Made by a program: the position numbers and the translations under genes. A stretch of 22,192 bases of DNA. Source: Chthonomonadales bacterium. GTDB lineage: Bacteria; Armatimonadota; Chthonomonadetes; Chthonomonadales; CAJBBX01. Under the pieces are notes generated by a model. It saw nothing but the letters and a program-made list of their open reading frames with translations. It searched no databases and was not told the DNA's origin. Within the stretch, counting starts at the first letter, position 1. Each line of letters opens with the position of its first letter. The stretch is from contig JBMFSQ010000038.1 in NCBI GenBank assembly GCA_049967475.1, forward strand, positions 1 through 22,192, read 5' to 3'. Positions 7,625 to 16,610 of the stretch are shown here, in pieces.

Positions 7625-8475
7625 TGGGGTTTTCGTGGATCAGGAAAGGTTCGAGGCTCCCCTTTAAGACAATTGTGACGGGAGCGGCTCTCGCCCTGTG
7701 GTGCGCATTTGCCTTTGCGGAAGGAACAGCGAGTGACCAAAGCCGGTCCCAGGTGTCCGTACAGGAGGCTGCATCCGGCGCAGGGGGAGCCGGGCGCTTT
7801 ACGCTCACTGCAGACCATGCGGATATTGCGGAAGTCCTCAAGGCGCTCTTCACCAAGATCGGGGCAGACTATGCCATAGATCAGGATGTGGAAGGTCCTG
7901 TGGACGTGCGGCTGCGGAACGAAACGGTGCCCCGCATCTTGCAGGCTATTGAGGCAGTGGCGCGGCCGGCAATCACGATCAGAATGGTGAACGGCGTCTA
8001 CCGCGTGTCTCTGCGTGAGCCGGCGGCGGGTTCCGCAGTACGGTTGCGAACCCGTTTCGGCTACCAGCCGCTGACCGTGGTCAATCGCCCTGTTACGCTG
8101 GAGGTTCCCGAGGATCACCCGATCCCGCTGGAGGCGGCCTTGGAGCGCATCAGCCTCCAGACGGGTTACGTAATCCGGCTGGACCGACGGATACCGCGTT
8201 CGCTCATGTTTTCGGGGCGCATCCTTCAGGCTCCTCTCGGCACCACGCTTCAGGCCATCGCAGACACCTCGGGGCTCAAAGTCGTGGCGGGCGGAAACGA
8301 GGTTCTTCTGGTTCCTCAGGATCGCTTCCTCATTACGCTGGGCGGTGCCGCGGTGGGGGGGTACCCCCTAGGCACCTGCGGCTTCTGTGGAGAACGGCTT
8401 CTACCCGGGTGGAGATACTGCCCTCATTGCGGCAGGCCCGTCTCCAATCCTCGGCCCGGCCTTGGAGGCAAATAG
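7621..8475 (+). CDS. Exported protein with two STN/secretin-N0-like domains and a C-terminal zinc ribbon
   Basis: Signal peptide ending AFA; domain 1 FTLTADHADIAEVLKALF...YAIDQDVEGPVDVRLRN; domain 2 PIPLEAALERISLQTGYVIRLD...LQAIADTSGL; CGFC-x10-CPHC; ATGA overlap with the anti-sigma gene. Confidence 0.7.
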   Translation: MMGFSWIRKGSRLPFKTIVTGAALALWCAFAFAEGTASDQSRSQVSVQEAASGAGGAGRFTLTADHADIAEVLKALFTKIGADYAIDQDVEGPVDVRLRNETVPRILQAIEAVARPAITIRMVNGVYRVSLREPAAGSAVRLRTRFGYQPLTVVNRPVTLEVPEDHPIPLEAALERISLQTGYVIRLDRRIPRSLMFSGRILQAPLGTTLQAIADTSGLKVVAGGNEVLLVPQDRFLITLGGAAVGGYPLGTCGFCGERLLPGWRYCPHCGRPVSNPRPGLGGK

Positions 8476-8484
8476 ACGCTCGGC

Positions 8485-8513
8485 TTGACTTGGCCGCGGG
8501 CTAGGTCTATAAT
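8485..8513 (+). promoter_or_regulatory. Sigma70-type promoter of the dehydrogenase-hpnCDE operon
   Basis: TTGACT-N17-TATAAT. Confidence 0.8.
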
Positions 8514-8518
8514 TCGCC

Positions 8519-9643
8519 GTGTCTAGCGGCGAGCCACCCCTTCATCGAGATCGGCTGAATGCGGGGCCGGAAGCGGTTCCGGCAACGATGCTGGCGGCCG
8601 TATACCGGGGGCCCGGCCAGATCCGCGTGGATACGGTTCCGGTTCCGGCCATCGAACCCGGCGAAGTACTCGTCCGCGTTGCAGCGTGCGGCGTATGCGG
8701 CACGGACCTCAAGAAGATCGCACTCGGCTTGGTTCCGCCTCCGCGCATCTTCGGGCACGAGATGGCCGGCGAAATCGCTGCCGTGGGCGCTTCTGTGGAA
8801 GGCTGGTCTGTGGGAGAACGCGTCGCGGTGATGCACCACGTCCCTTGTGAGGAGTGCTACTATTGCTCCCGGAGCGATTATGCCCAGTGCGCTCTCTACA
8901 AACGTACGGGGACCACAGCCGGTTTCGAGCCTGCGGGCGGCGGCTTTGCCCAATATATCCGCGTGATGGATTGGGTGGTACGCCGCGGGATGGTACGGAT
9001 CCCTCCGCACGTAAGCGACGAAGAGGCCACATTCGTGGAGCCTGTGAACACCTGCCTCAAGGGTCTCAGGCGCGCCGGCGTGCAGGCGGGCGATACCGTT
9101 CTCGTAGTAGGGCAGGGGCAGATCGGGCTCATCTTCACGGCTCTGGCTGCGTTGGGCGGCGCTACCGTCTATGCCTCCGATGCGCTGGAGGATCGCCTCG
9201 CTGCAAGTGTGCAGTTCGGGGCCACTGCAGTGTTTCGGGCGGGTCAGGACGATGTGGCCGCAAGGATTCGAGAGCGGACACAAGGGCGCGGCGCCGACGT
9301 CGCCATCGTGTGTGTGCCCCTTCAAGATGCTGTGGACCAGGCCTTTACGGCTGTGAGGCCTGGGGGCAGGGTGCTGCTGTTCGCACATACGCGCAAGAAC
9401 GATGAGGTGCGCGTTGATGGGGGAGCGGTCTGCATGCTCGAGAAGTCCCTCATCGGGAGTTACAGCTCGGATATCCGCCTACAAGAAGAAGCTGCGCGCC
9501 TCATTTTTGACCGCCGCCTAGACGTACGCAGGCTCATAACGCACCGCTTCCCGCTGGAACGCATCGGGGAAGCTGTTTCTTTGGCAGCGCATCCCACACC
9601 GGGAGCTCTCAAGATCATGGTGATGCCATGGATGACGGCATGA
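8519..9643 (+). CDS. Zn-dependent medium-chain dehydrogenase (sorbitol/threonine DH-like)
   Basis: CGVCGTD, GHE, structural Zn CEECYYC-x7-C, GQGQIG; start GTG 8519 or ATG 8588. Confidence 0.9.
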   Translation: MSSGEPPLHRDRLNAGPEAVPATMLAAVYRGPGQIRVDTVPVPAIEPGEVLVRVAACGVCGTDLKKIALGLVPPPRIFGHEMAGEIAAVGASVEGWSVGERVAVMHHVPCEECYYCSRSDYAQCALYKRTGTTAGFEPAGGGFAQYIRVMDWVVRRGMVRIPPHVSDEEATFVEPVNTCLKGLRRAGVQAGDTVLVVGQGQIGLIFTALAALGGATVYASDALEDRLAASVQFGATAVFRAGQDDVAARIRERTQGRGADVAIVCVPLQDAVDQAFTAVRPGGRVLLFAHTRKNDEVRVDGGAVCMLEKSLIGSYSSDIRLQEEAARLIFDRRLDVRRLITHRFPLERIGEAVSLAAHPTPGALKIMVMPWMTA

Positions 9644-10695
9644 TGTGGGCGGCGGTCCTGCATGGGCGCGAGGACGTGCGGGTGGAGCGCGTGCCGATGC
9701 CGCAGGTAGGTCCCGGCGAAGTGCGAATACGGGTTCATGCGGCTCTCACGTGCGGCACCGACTTGAAGGTGTACCGGCGCGGGTACCATGCCCGAATGAT
9801 CGTGCCGCCTGCGGTCTTCGGCCACGAATTCGCAGGCGTCGTGGATGCAGTGGGAGAAGGCGCAGGCGAATGGAAACCAGGAGATCGGGTGACTGCAGCC
9901 AATTCGGCTCCATGCGGCGCGTGCTTCTTCTGTCTCCGGCAGCAGTTCGAGCTGTGCGAAGACCTGCTGTTTGTGAATGGGTCTTATGCGGAGTACATCA
10001 CTCTGCCTGCGAGGCTTGTGCAGGTGAACCTGCTGCCCATCCCGGAAGGCACTGCGATGGAGGCCGCGGCGCTCGTGGAGCCGCTTGCCTGTGTGGTGCA
10101 CGGAATGGAGGACACCGCTGTCCAGCCTGGCGAAGACGTTGTGGTGCTGGGATTGGGTACCATTGGATTGCTTTTCGTTCGCCTGTGCTCCATGGCCGGG
10201 GCCAGAGTCATCGCGGTAGGGCGTCGGCAAGAGCGGCGGCATTTGGCGCGGGTCCTGGGTGCGGCGGACACCATCGCGGTGGAGGAGGCTGCAGATCCGG
10301 TTGCCGCAGTTCGGCGTGTGGCATGCGGAGGGCGGGGCGCAGACCGTGTGATCGAATGCGTGGGACAGCCTGCGGCATGGGAACTGGCTATCGGCATGGC
10401 GCGTAATGGCGGCCTGGTGAACCTTTTCGGTGGGTGCCCGAGGGACACCCAGGTGCATGTAGACACGGCCCGCCTCCATTATGATGAGGTGCGCCTGATC
10501 GGCACGTTTCACCATACGCCCCAAGCCGTGCGCCGGGCCCTGGCACTCATTGCCGACGGATCGGTTCCAGCCCACAGCTTCATCAGCGGCGAAGGGGCCC
10601 TTACAAAGCTTCCGGAAATCCTGAACGCCATGCACCATGGGCACGCGGGGCTGAAAACGGTCATCTATCCCGATGCAGCGCCCCAGAATGCTTGA
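9640..10695 (+). CDS. Second Zn-dependent medium-chain dehydrogenase
   Basis: TCGTD, GHE, CGACFFC-x7-C, GLGTIG; ATGA overlap at 9640-9643 (alternative ATG 9628). Confidence 0.9.
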   Translation: MMWAAVLHGREDVRVERVPMPQVGPGEVRIRVHAALTCGTDLKVYRRGYHARMIVPPAVFGHEFAGVVDAVGEGAGEWKPGDRVTAANSAPCGACFFCLRQQFELCEDLLFVNGSYAEYITLPARLVQVNLLPIPEGTAMEAAALVEPLACVVHGMEDTAVQPGEDVVVLGLGTIGLLFVRLCSMAGARVIAVGRRQERRHLARVLGAADTIAVEEAADPVAAVRRVACGGRGADRVIECVGQPAAWELAIGMARNGGLVNLFGGCPRDTQVHVDTARLHYDEVRLIGTFHHTPQAVRRALALIADGSVPAHSFISGEGALTKLPEILNAMHHGHAGLKTVIYPDAAPQNA

Positions 10696-10752
10696 CAAAG
10701 GGAACAGCAGGTGGTGGCTGGTAGGTACGGATGCGGATGAGGTGAACGCACC

Positions 10753-11661
10753 ATGAGTTCCGTGAGTTTGCTTCAGAGCCCCTATCGCGTGGATCGCTCC
10801 TACACCCTTGTTGAGGCGCAGCGCTATTGCGCCCGCCTGGCCCGAAGGCACTACGAGAACTTTTTGGTGGCCACGGCGTTTGTGCCGCGTCACCTGAGGC
10901 AACACTTCTACAATGTATACGCCTACTGCCGCATCGCCGACGACTTGGGAGACGAGAGCGGCGGTCCCGAGCGCGCTTTGCCCTTGTTGGATTGGTGGCA
11001 GGAAGAGCTCGATGCGTGTTATGAAGGGCGGCCGCGGCACCCGGTGTTTGTGGCTCTGGCCCAAACGAACGAGCGCTTCTCCATTCCGAAGGAGCCCTAT
11101 GCGGATCTCTTGAAGGCCTTTCGGCAAGATCAAGTGGTTACGCGGTACGCCACGTACGAACAGCTTCTGGGCTATTGCCGATGGTCGGCTAATCCCGTTG
11201 GGCGGCTCGTGTTGTATGTGTGCGGATATTCAGACGCCGAGAGGCAGCGCTTGTCCGACTTTACCTGTACGGCGCTGCAGCTTGCGAATTTCTGGCAGGA
11301 CGTCGTGCGCGATTACGCCATCGGGCGCGTGTACATTCCACAAGAGGATATGAAGCGCTTCGGTGTGTGTGAGGAACAGATTGCCGATCGTCGCTTCACG
11401 AGGGAGTTTGGGGAATTGATGCGCTTCGAATGCCAACGGGCTCGCCAATTGTTCACCGCCGGAGCGCCCCTCGCGGGCATGGTGTCTAAGGATCTGCGGC
11501 TCGACATTGAGATGTTCACGCAGGGTGGCTTGGAGGTGCTTCGGCGCATCGAGGCGCAAGGATACGATGTGCTGACCTGCAGGCCGGCTATTCCGCGTAG
11601 GCGGCAGGCGGCGATCCTCGTGCGGCGATTGATTGCCGGTTGGGTCGGTACCGCGTCATGA
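10753..11661 (+). CDS. hpnC: Hydroxysqualene synthase HpnC
   Basis: HYENF, YAYCRIADDLGDE, SANPVGRLVL, CTALQLANFWQDV. Confidence 0.92.
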   Translation: MSSVSLLQSPYRVDRSYTLVEAQRYCARLARRHYENFLVATAFVPRHLRQHFYNVYAYCRIADDLGDESGGPERALPLLDWWQEELDACYEGRPRHPVFVALAQTNERFSIPKEPYADLLKAFRQDQVVTRYATYEQLLGYCRWSANPVGRLVLYVCGYSDAERQRLSDFTCTALQLANFWQDVVRDYAIGRVYIPQEDMKRFGVCEEQIADRRFTREFGELMRFECQRARQLFTAGAPLAGMVSKDLRLDIEMFTQGGLEVLRRIEAQGYDVLTCRPAIPRRRQAAILVRRLIAGWVGTAS

Positions 11662-12566
11662 AATCCTTCTTGCGCTCCTCGAACGCACCCGTGACCAGGG
11701 AGGAACAACTGGCGGCCAGCTATGAGCATTGCCGCCGCATCGCTCGGACCCACGCCCGCAATTTCTACTACTCCTTTGCGGTGCTTCCTCCGGAGAAGCG
11801 CGCGGCCATGTGCGCCGTGTACGCCTTCATGCGGCATTGTGACGACCTCTCCGATGAGGCGGCCAGCGCCGAGGCAAAGCGGGCGGCTCTGGTGTCTTGG
11901 CGGTCGGCTATGGATCGGGCGCTGGCCGGCGATTACACCGGCGACGCGATCCTTCCCGCCTTTCGGGACACGGTCGAGCGCTTCCAGATCCCTCCACGCT
12001 TCTTCCATGAGCTTCTGGATGGAGCCGAGATGGATCTGGTGTGCACGCGGTATCCCACCTTTGAGGACCTTTACCGTTACTGTTACCGGGTAGCTTCCAC
12101 TGTAGGCTTCGTTTGCATCCATATCTGGGGATTTGCCGGAGGCGACGCCGCCTACGAGCCCGCCGAGGCGTGCGGCATTGCATTCCAATTGACGAATATC
12201 CTGAGGGATCTGAAGGAGGATGGCCTGCGCGGGCGCATCTACGTTCCCCAGGAGGATCTGGCGCGGTTCGGATATTCCGAAGAGGATTTGCTCGGCGGGA
12301 TCCGGCGCGCGGAATTCCTGGCTCTTCTGGATTTTGAAGCGCGCCGCGCACGGGAATACTACGAACGGGCGCGGCCGCTCATCCCGCTGCTCCACCCGGA
12401 CGGCCGCGCCACGTTCATCGTAATGTATAGGATCTACCGCGAGCTCCTGGAACACGTGTCTTCCCTGGGATACCACGTTCTGGACCACCGCGCGCACGTG
12501 TCCACTGCGCGCAAGGTGGGCATCCTTGCCAGTGCGTGGCTGGGGAGCCGGGTGCTCAAGGCATGA
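11658..12566 (+). CDS. hpnD: Presqualene diphosphate synthase HpnD
   Basis: NFYYSF, YAFMRHCDDLSD, YCYRVASTVG, AFQLTNILRDLKED; ATGA-coupled to hpnC. Confidence 0.88.
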   Translation: MKSFLRSSNAPVTREEQLAASYEHCRRIARTHARNFYYSFAVLPPEKRAAMCAVYAFMRHCDDLSDEAASAEAKRAALVSWRSAMDRALAGDYTGDAILPAFRDTVERFQIPPRFFHELLDGAEMDLVCTRYPTFEDLYRYCYRVASTVGFVCIHIWGFAGGDAAYEPAEACGIAFQLTNILRDLKEDGLRGRIYVPQEDLARFGYSEEDLLGGIRRAEFLALLDFEARRAREYYERARPLIPLLHPDGRATFIVMYRIYRELLEHVSSLGYHVLDHRAHVSTARKVGILASAWLGSRVLKA

Positions 12567-13984
12567 GGAAGGTCCTCATCATCGGCGGGGGCGTGGCCGG
12601 GCTCGCTGCGGCCGTTCGGCTAGCGGAATACGGATACGCCGTCACATTGCTCGAGAAGCGTTCCGTGTTGGGCGGCAGGGCTTCCTCCTTCATTGACCCT
12701 GCTACTGGAGAGCGCGTAGATAATTGTCAGCACGTCACGATGCGCTGCTGCACCAACCTGGAAGACTTCTACCGGCGCATCGGCGTCCTTCGCCATATCC
12801 GGTACTACCGCACGCTGGAATTCCTGGACGCCGCTGGGCGAAGATCCGTAATCGGCGGATCATTCCTGCCTCCGCCGCTTCACACCCTGCCATCCTTCCT
12901 CCGCTTTCGATCGTTGGGTTGGAAGGACAAAGCAGCCGTTGCGCGGGGCCTCCTGGAGATCGCCAGGACGCCCGACACGCCGGGTCTGGACGATATGGCC
13001 GTGTCTGAATGGCTCAGCCGCACCGGCCAGACCGACGCAGCGGTTCGGCGGTTCTGGCTGCCGATACTGGTTGGCGCGTGCAACGCGGAGCCCCACGAAT
13101 TATCGTGCCGGTACGCCTTCATGCTGTTCCGCACGGGCTTCTTGGGGAACAGGCATGCCTATGAACTTGGGCTGCCCACGGTGAGCCTGGCAGATCTGTA
13201 CACTGAGCCCGTTATAGATTTTCTCGAGGCCCGTGGCGGGCGGGTGTGTCTGAGGCAGAATGTGGCCCGCCTTTGTGTGGCCAATGACCGGATTACCGGC
13301 GCTACTCTGGCAGACGGAAGCCTTGTGGAGGCCGATGCGGTGGTTGCTGCGGTGCCGTTCGACAAGTTGGTGAAGCTTTTGCCCCCCGATCTTGCAAGCC
13401 ATCGTGTATTCGCCAATGCTGGGCGGTTGAGGTTCTCGCCCATCGTCGGGGTGCATTTGTGGTTCGATCGGCCCCTGCGCGCACCCGACGCTGTGGCGCT
13501 TTTGGACCGCAAAATGCACTGGATCTTCAACAAGGGAGCCCTCTACTCTCAACACCGGGCCTCCGGCGAAAAGGGCTTCGGCGCACAAGGTTATCTGGGC
13601 TGTGTGGTGAGCGCCGCTTACGAATTCGCTGCCATGCCGCGGGAAGAGGTTGCAGAAATCGCATTGAGAGACGTGCATGCGTGCGTGCCCGATGCCCGTG
13701 AGGCGAAGCTCGTGCGATGGCACGTGATCAAGGAACGCAAGGCGACCATCTGCCCAGAGCCTGGAGCAGACCGGTTTCGTCCTCCCCAGGCAGGCCCAAT
13801 CCCGAACCTCTTCATCGCAGGAGACTGGACGCGCACGGGGTGGCCCTCTACGATGGAGGGCGCGGTGCGAAGCGGGTATCTGGCAGCAGAGGCCCTGATG
13901 GCACGCGATGGCCGGGAGGTGCGCCTGCTGGCGCCGGATCTGCCCCTGCAGGGGCTCTCGGCGCGATTGATGGAGCGCGCATAA
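12563..13984 (+). CDS. hpnE: Hydroxysqualene dehydroxylase HpnE (FAD-dependent)
   Basis: GGGVAGL, LGGRASSF, DNCQHV, AGDWTRTGWPSTMEGAVRSG; ATGA-coupled to hpnD. Confidence 0.92.
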   Translation: MRKVLIIGGGVAGLAAAVRLAEYGYAVTLLEKRSVLGGRASSFIDPATGERVDNCQHVTMRCCTNLEDFYRRIGVLRHIRYYRTLEFLDAAGRRSVIGGSFLPPPLHTLPSFLRFRSLGWKDKAAVARGLLEIARTPDTPGLDDMAVSEWLSRTGQTDAAVRRFWLPILVGACNAEPHELSCRYAFMLFRTGFLGNRHAYELGLPTVSLADLYTEPVIDFLEARGGRVCLRQNVARLCVANDRITGATLADGSLVEADAVVAAVPFDKLVKLLPPDLASHRVFANAGRLRFSPIVGVHLWFDRPLRAPDAVALLDRKMHWIFNKGALYSQHRASGEKGFGAQGYLGCVVSAAYEFAAMPREEVAEIALRDVHACVPDAREAKLVRWHVIKERKATICPEPGADRFRPPQAGPIPNLFIAGDWTRTGWPSTMEGAVRSGYLAAEALMARDGREVRLLAPDLPLQGLSARLMERA

Positions 13985-14694
13985 TGAGCCCGGCCTGGCT
14001 GGCTGCCGTGCTTTTCCTTGCCGCAGTTGGGGGTGAACGCACGCCCGGCGCGCCGGCGCGCTCTACCGCAGCCACGCTGATCGCGGCCATGATGCGCCGT
14101 TACGATGATGCACGCGCGTACCAAGGCAGAATTGCCGTCGCCGTAGCTACACCGGATGGAACCCGCAGGCGGTTCGCCTTGATTGCAGCTCAGGGTAACG
14201 GACGGGGATGGGTGCTCCGCAGCCGGGTCGAGTTCTACTCGGTGACCCGGGATGGGCGCTTCTTCAAACAGAGCGTGCGCATAGACGACGGTGCGATGTT
14301 GTGGACATGGCTTCCCGGTGCGCGCGCCTATTACCGCCAGAAGCGGCAGCCGGATCGCCTTTCGCATCTGCTCGAGCCCTTCTTCAGCGGAGTTCATCGC
14401 CTCATTCCTCACATGGCGGTTACATCAACCCGGCGGAACGGGAGGCAAGTATATCGGCTTGCGGGGAGCCAAGGCATCAACCAGGCTGTGGTCTACCTGG
14501 GGCGTCCAAAGGTTGCCTTCGTTGAGGCCGAGGTGTCTCGCGGTCCTATGTGGAAGATGCATCTGGTAGTGCACCGTGAGGAATGGAATGCTTCCTTGAC
14601 GGCGGGGATATTCTCGTTTCGGCCGCCGCCCGGCGCCAGGCGGCTGCAAACGCCCGGCAGCCTGAAACAAGAGATGGAGGACCAGGCACCATGA
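13984..14694 (+). CDS. Exported LolA/DUF2092-like protein
   Basis: Signal peptide MSPAWLAAVLFLAAVGG; IDDGAMLWTWLPGARAY and C-terminal FSFRPPPGA typical of LolA-fold proteins; TAATG overlap with hpnE. Confidence 0.6.
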   Translation: MSPAWLAAVLFLAAVGGERTPGAPARSTAATLIAAMMRRYDDARAYQGRIAVAVATPDGTRRRFALIAAQGNGRGWVLRSRVEFYSVTRDGRFFKQSVRIDDGAMLWTWLPGARAYYRQKRQPDRLSHLLEPFFSGVHRLIPHMAVTSTRRNGRQVYRLAGSQGINQAVVYLGRPKVAFVEAEVSRGPMWKMHLVVHREEWNASLTAGIFSFRPPPGARRLQTPGSLKQEMEDQAP

Positions 14695-16610
14695 TGATCG
14701 TATTGGCGGCCTTTGCCGGAACACTTGCAATAGGCGGCATTCGGGCCGATTGGAAAGGCGGTGAAGCTGCGGTGGCACAAGCAGAGGCGGCTGTGCGCGA
14801 TCTGGACACGCACCATATCTTTACTCCACCGGCGAACCTCGTCCAGTGGAAGGCTCGGAGAGAGGAGCTTCGCACGCGGATTTTGGTGAGCGCGGGTTTG
14901 TGGCCTATGCCCAAAAAGGGGCCGCTTCATGCGCTCATAACGGGCCGGCTGGAGGCTCCAGACTACATTGTAGAGAATGTGGCCATCCAGACGCTGCCCG
15001 GCTTCTACCTGTGTGGGAACCTTTACCGTCCCAAAGGTGGCCGAGGGCCCTTCCCTGGGATCGTCAATCCGCACGGCCACTGGTCTCACGGACGCCTCGA
15101 AGCGGAGCCCGATGTGGATACGGCCGCTCCGCCCCCGGCGCCGCCTGCTCCCGGCAAGGCGAACCTGGTGGCAATCGGGGTGAACCTTGCGAGGCACGGC
15201 TTCGTGGTGTTTGCCTACGACATGGTGGGTTATAACGACACGGACCAGGTGACGCACAAGTTCGCCAACGGCATCGAACCCTGGTTCTACGGTGTGAGCC
15301 TCATGGGCCTCCAGTTATGGAACAGCATTCGGGCGGTGGATTTTCTGCAGAGCCTTCCCTATGTAGACCGCCACCGCATCGGGGCTACCGGCGCATCCGG
15401 CGGAGGAACCCAAACCTTTTTGCTTACCGCAGTAGACGATCGCGTCAAGTGTGCGGTACCCGTCAACATGGTGTCCGCGTATATGCAGGGCGGCTGCCTT
15501 TGTGAAAACGGCCCGGGTCTGCGCGTAGGGACGGACAATGTGGAGATTGCGGCCCTCGCCGCTCCGCGTCCGCTCCTGCTCGTGGCGGCCACCGGGGATT
15601 GGACGCAGCATGTGCCCAACGAAGAGTGGCCGGCGATCGAAAAGGTGTACCGCCTCTACGATGCGGCTGATCGCACGGCATGCGTGCAGTTCAACTATGG
15701 CCACAATTACAACCGCCAGAGCCGGGAGGCCATGTATGCATGGTTCGGCAGGTGGCTCCTGCACGATGCGAACCCGCAACACTTCCGCGAGGGGCCTTTT
15801 TCGCTGGATCCTGCCGCTCTTCGTGTGTGGAACCACCGTTTGCCCCGCCCGGCGGATGCGCGCAACGAAGCCGATCTAATCGCCTTTCTCAAAGCTGATC
15901 ACGAGGCGCGGCTGCAGGCAATTCTCCCAAAAGATGCTCGGGGTGCGGCCCGCTTTAGGCGCATCATGCTGCCCGCGCTGGAAGCGTGCCTCGCTGTTGA
16001 GCCGCGAGGGGCGGTGCGCCGGAGGCAGCGCGGGACCGGCCGGATTGTGCTCATCGTGCGGTCAGGAGCGACTGCTACCATCAAGAATGAGAACAGCGGC
16101 CAGGTTGAGCTCGTGCTCCCTCCCCTCGCCGCACATCCTGACGACCTGTGGAGGAATTTCTACTCCACTTATAACCGAACGCCTTTGGGAGATCGCGTGG
16201 AGGCCGTCGTAACAGAGCTGGAACAGTTGGCGCAAAGATACGGCCGTGTGGATGTTGCAGGGGTGGGCGAGGCAGGGCCGTGGGCGCTGTTGGCTCGCGC
16301 CTTGGTCCCGGTGAACGGAGCGGTAGCGGCAGATCTGGCCGGGCTCGACGATGGGGATGAGGCAGGCTTCCTGGCGCGCCTGTACGCTCCCGGATTGCGG
16401 GGGCTTGGTGATCTGCTCACCGCCGGATCCTTGATTTCCCCAGAGCCCCTGGTGCTCTTTAATGCCGGCGGCTTTGCCCGCTCGGATCAATTGGCCCGAG
16501 TATACCAGGCACTAGGCGGCCGCCTGGTTGTGGAACATGGTCCGATGACCTTGGACCGGGTCCTGGGGCTGCTGAGCGGCGCGAGGGACACATCGGGCAT
16601 TAGCCCATGA
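14691..16610 (+). CDS. Exported alpha/beta hydrolase (acetylxylan esterase-like)
   Basis: NPHGHW, AYDMVGY, nucleophile elbow GASGGG, GGCLCEN, ATGDW, YGHNY; ATGA-coupled to the upstream gene. Confidence 0.85.
   Translation: MMIVLAAFAGTLAIGGIRADWKGGEAAVAQAEAAVRDLDTHHIFTPPANLVQWKARREELRTRILVSAGLWPMPKKGPLHALITGRLEAPDYIVENVAIQTLPGFYLCGNLYRPKGGRGPFPGIVNPHGHWSHGRLEAEPDVDTAAPPPAPPAPGKANLVAIGVNLARHGFVVFAYDMVGYNDTDQVTHKFANGIEPWFYGVSLMGLQLWNSIRAVDFLQSLPYVDRHRIGATGASGGGTQTFLLTAVDDRVKCAVPVNMVSAYMQGGCLCENGPGLRVGTDNVEIAALAAPRPLLLVAATGDWTQHVPNEEWPAIEKVYRLYDAADRTACVQFNYGHNYNRQSREAMYAWFGRWLLHDANPQHFREGPFSLDPAALRVWNHRLPRPADARNEADLIAFLKADHEARLQAILPKDARGAARFRRIMLPALEACLAVEPRGAVRRRQRGTGRIVLIVRSGATATIKNENSGQVELVLPPLAAHPDDLWRNFYSTYNRTPLGDRVEAVVTELEQLAQRYGRVDVAGVGEAGPWALLARALVPVNGAVAADLAGLDDGDEAGFLARLYAPGLRGLGDLLTAGSLISPEPLVLFNAGGFARSDQLARVYQALGGRLVVEHGPMTLDRVLGLLSGARDTSGISP

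Noticed and set aside
10692..10720. TTGACA before hpnC as an internal promoter
   Set aside because: No plausible -10 element at 16-18 nt spacing
9460..11133. 557-aa minus-strand ORF and similar long antisense ORFs (e.g. 11313..12497, 1840..2676, 3760..4551)
   Set aside because: Lie opposite well-supported genes; expected in GC-rich DNA
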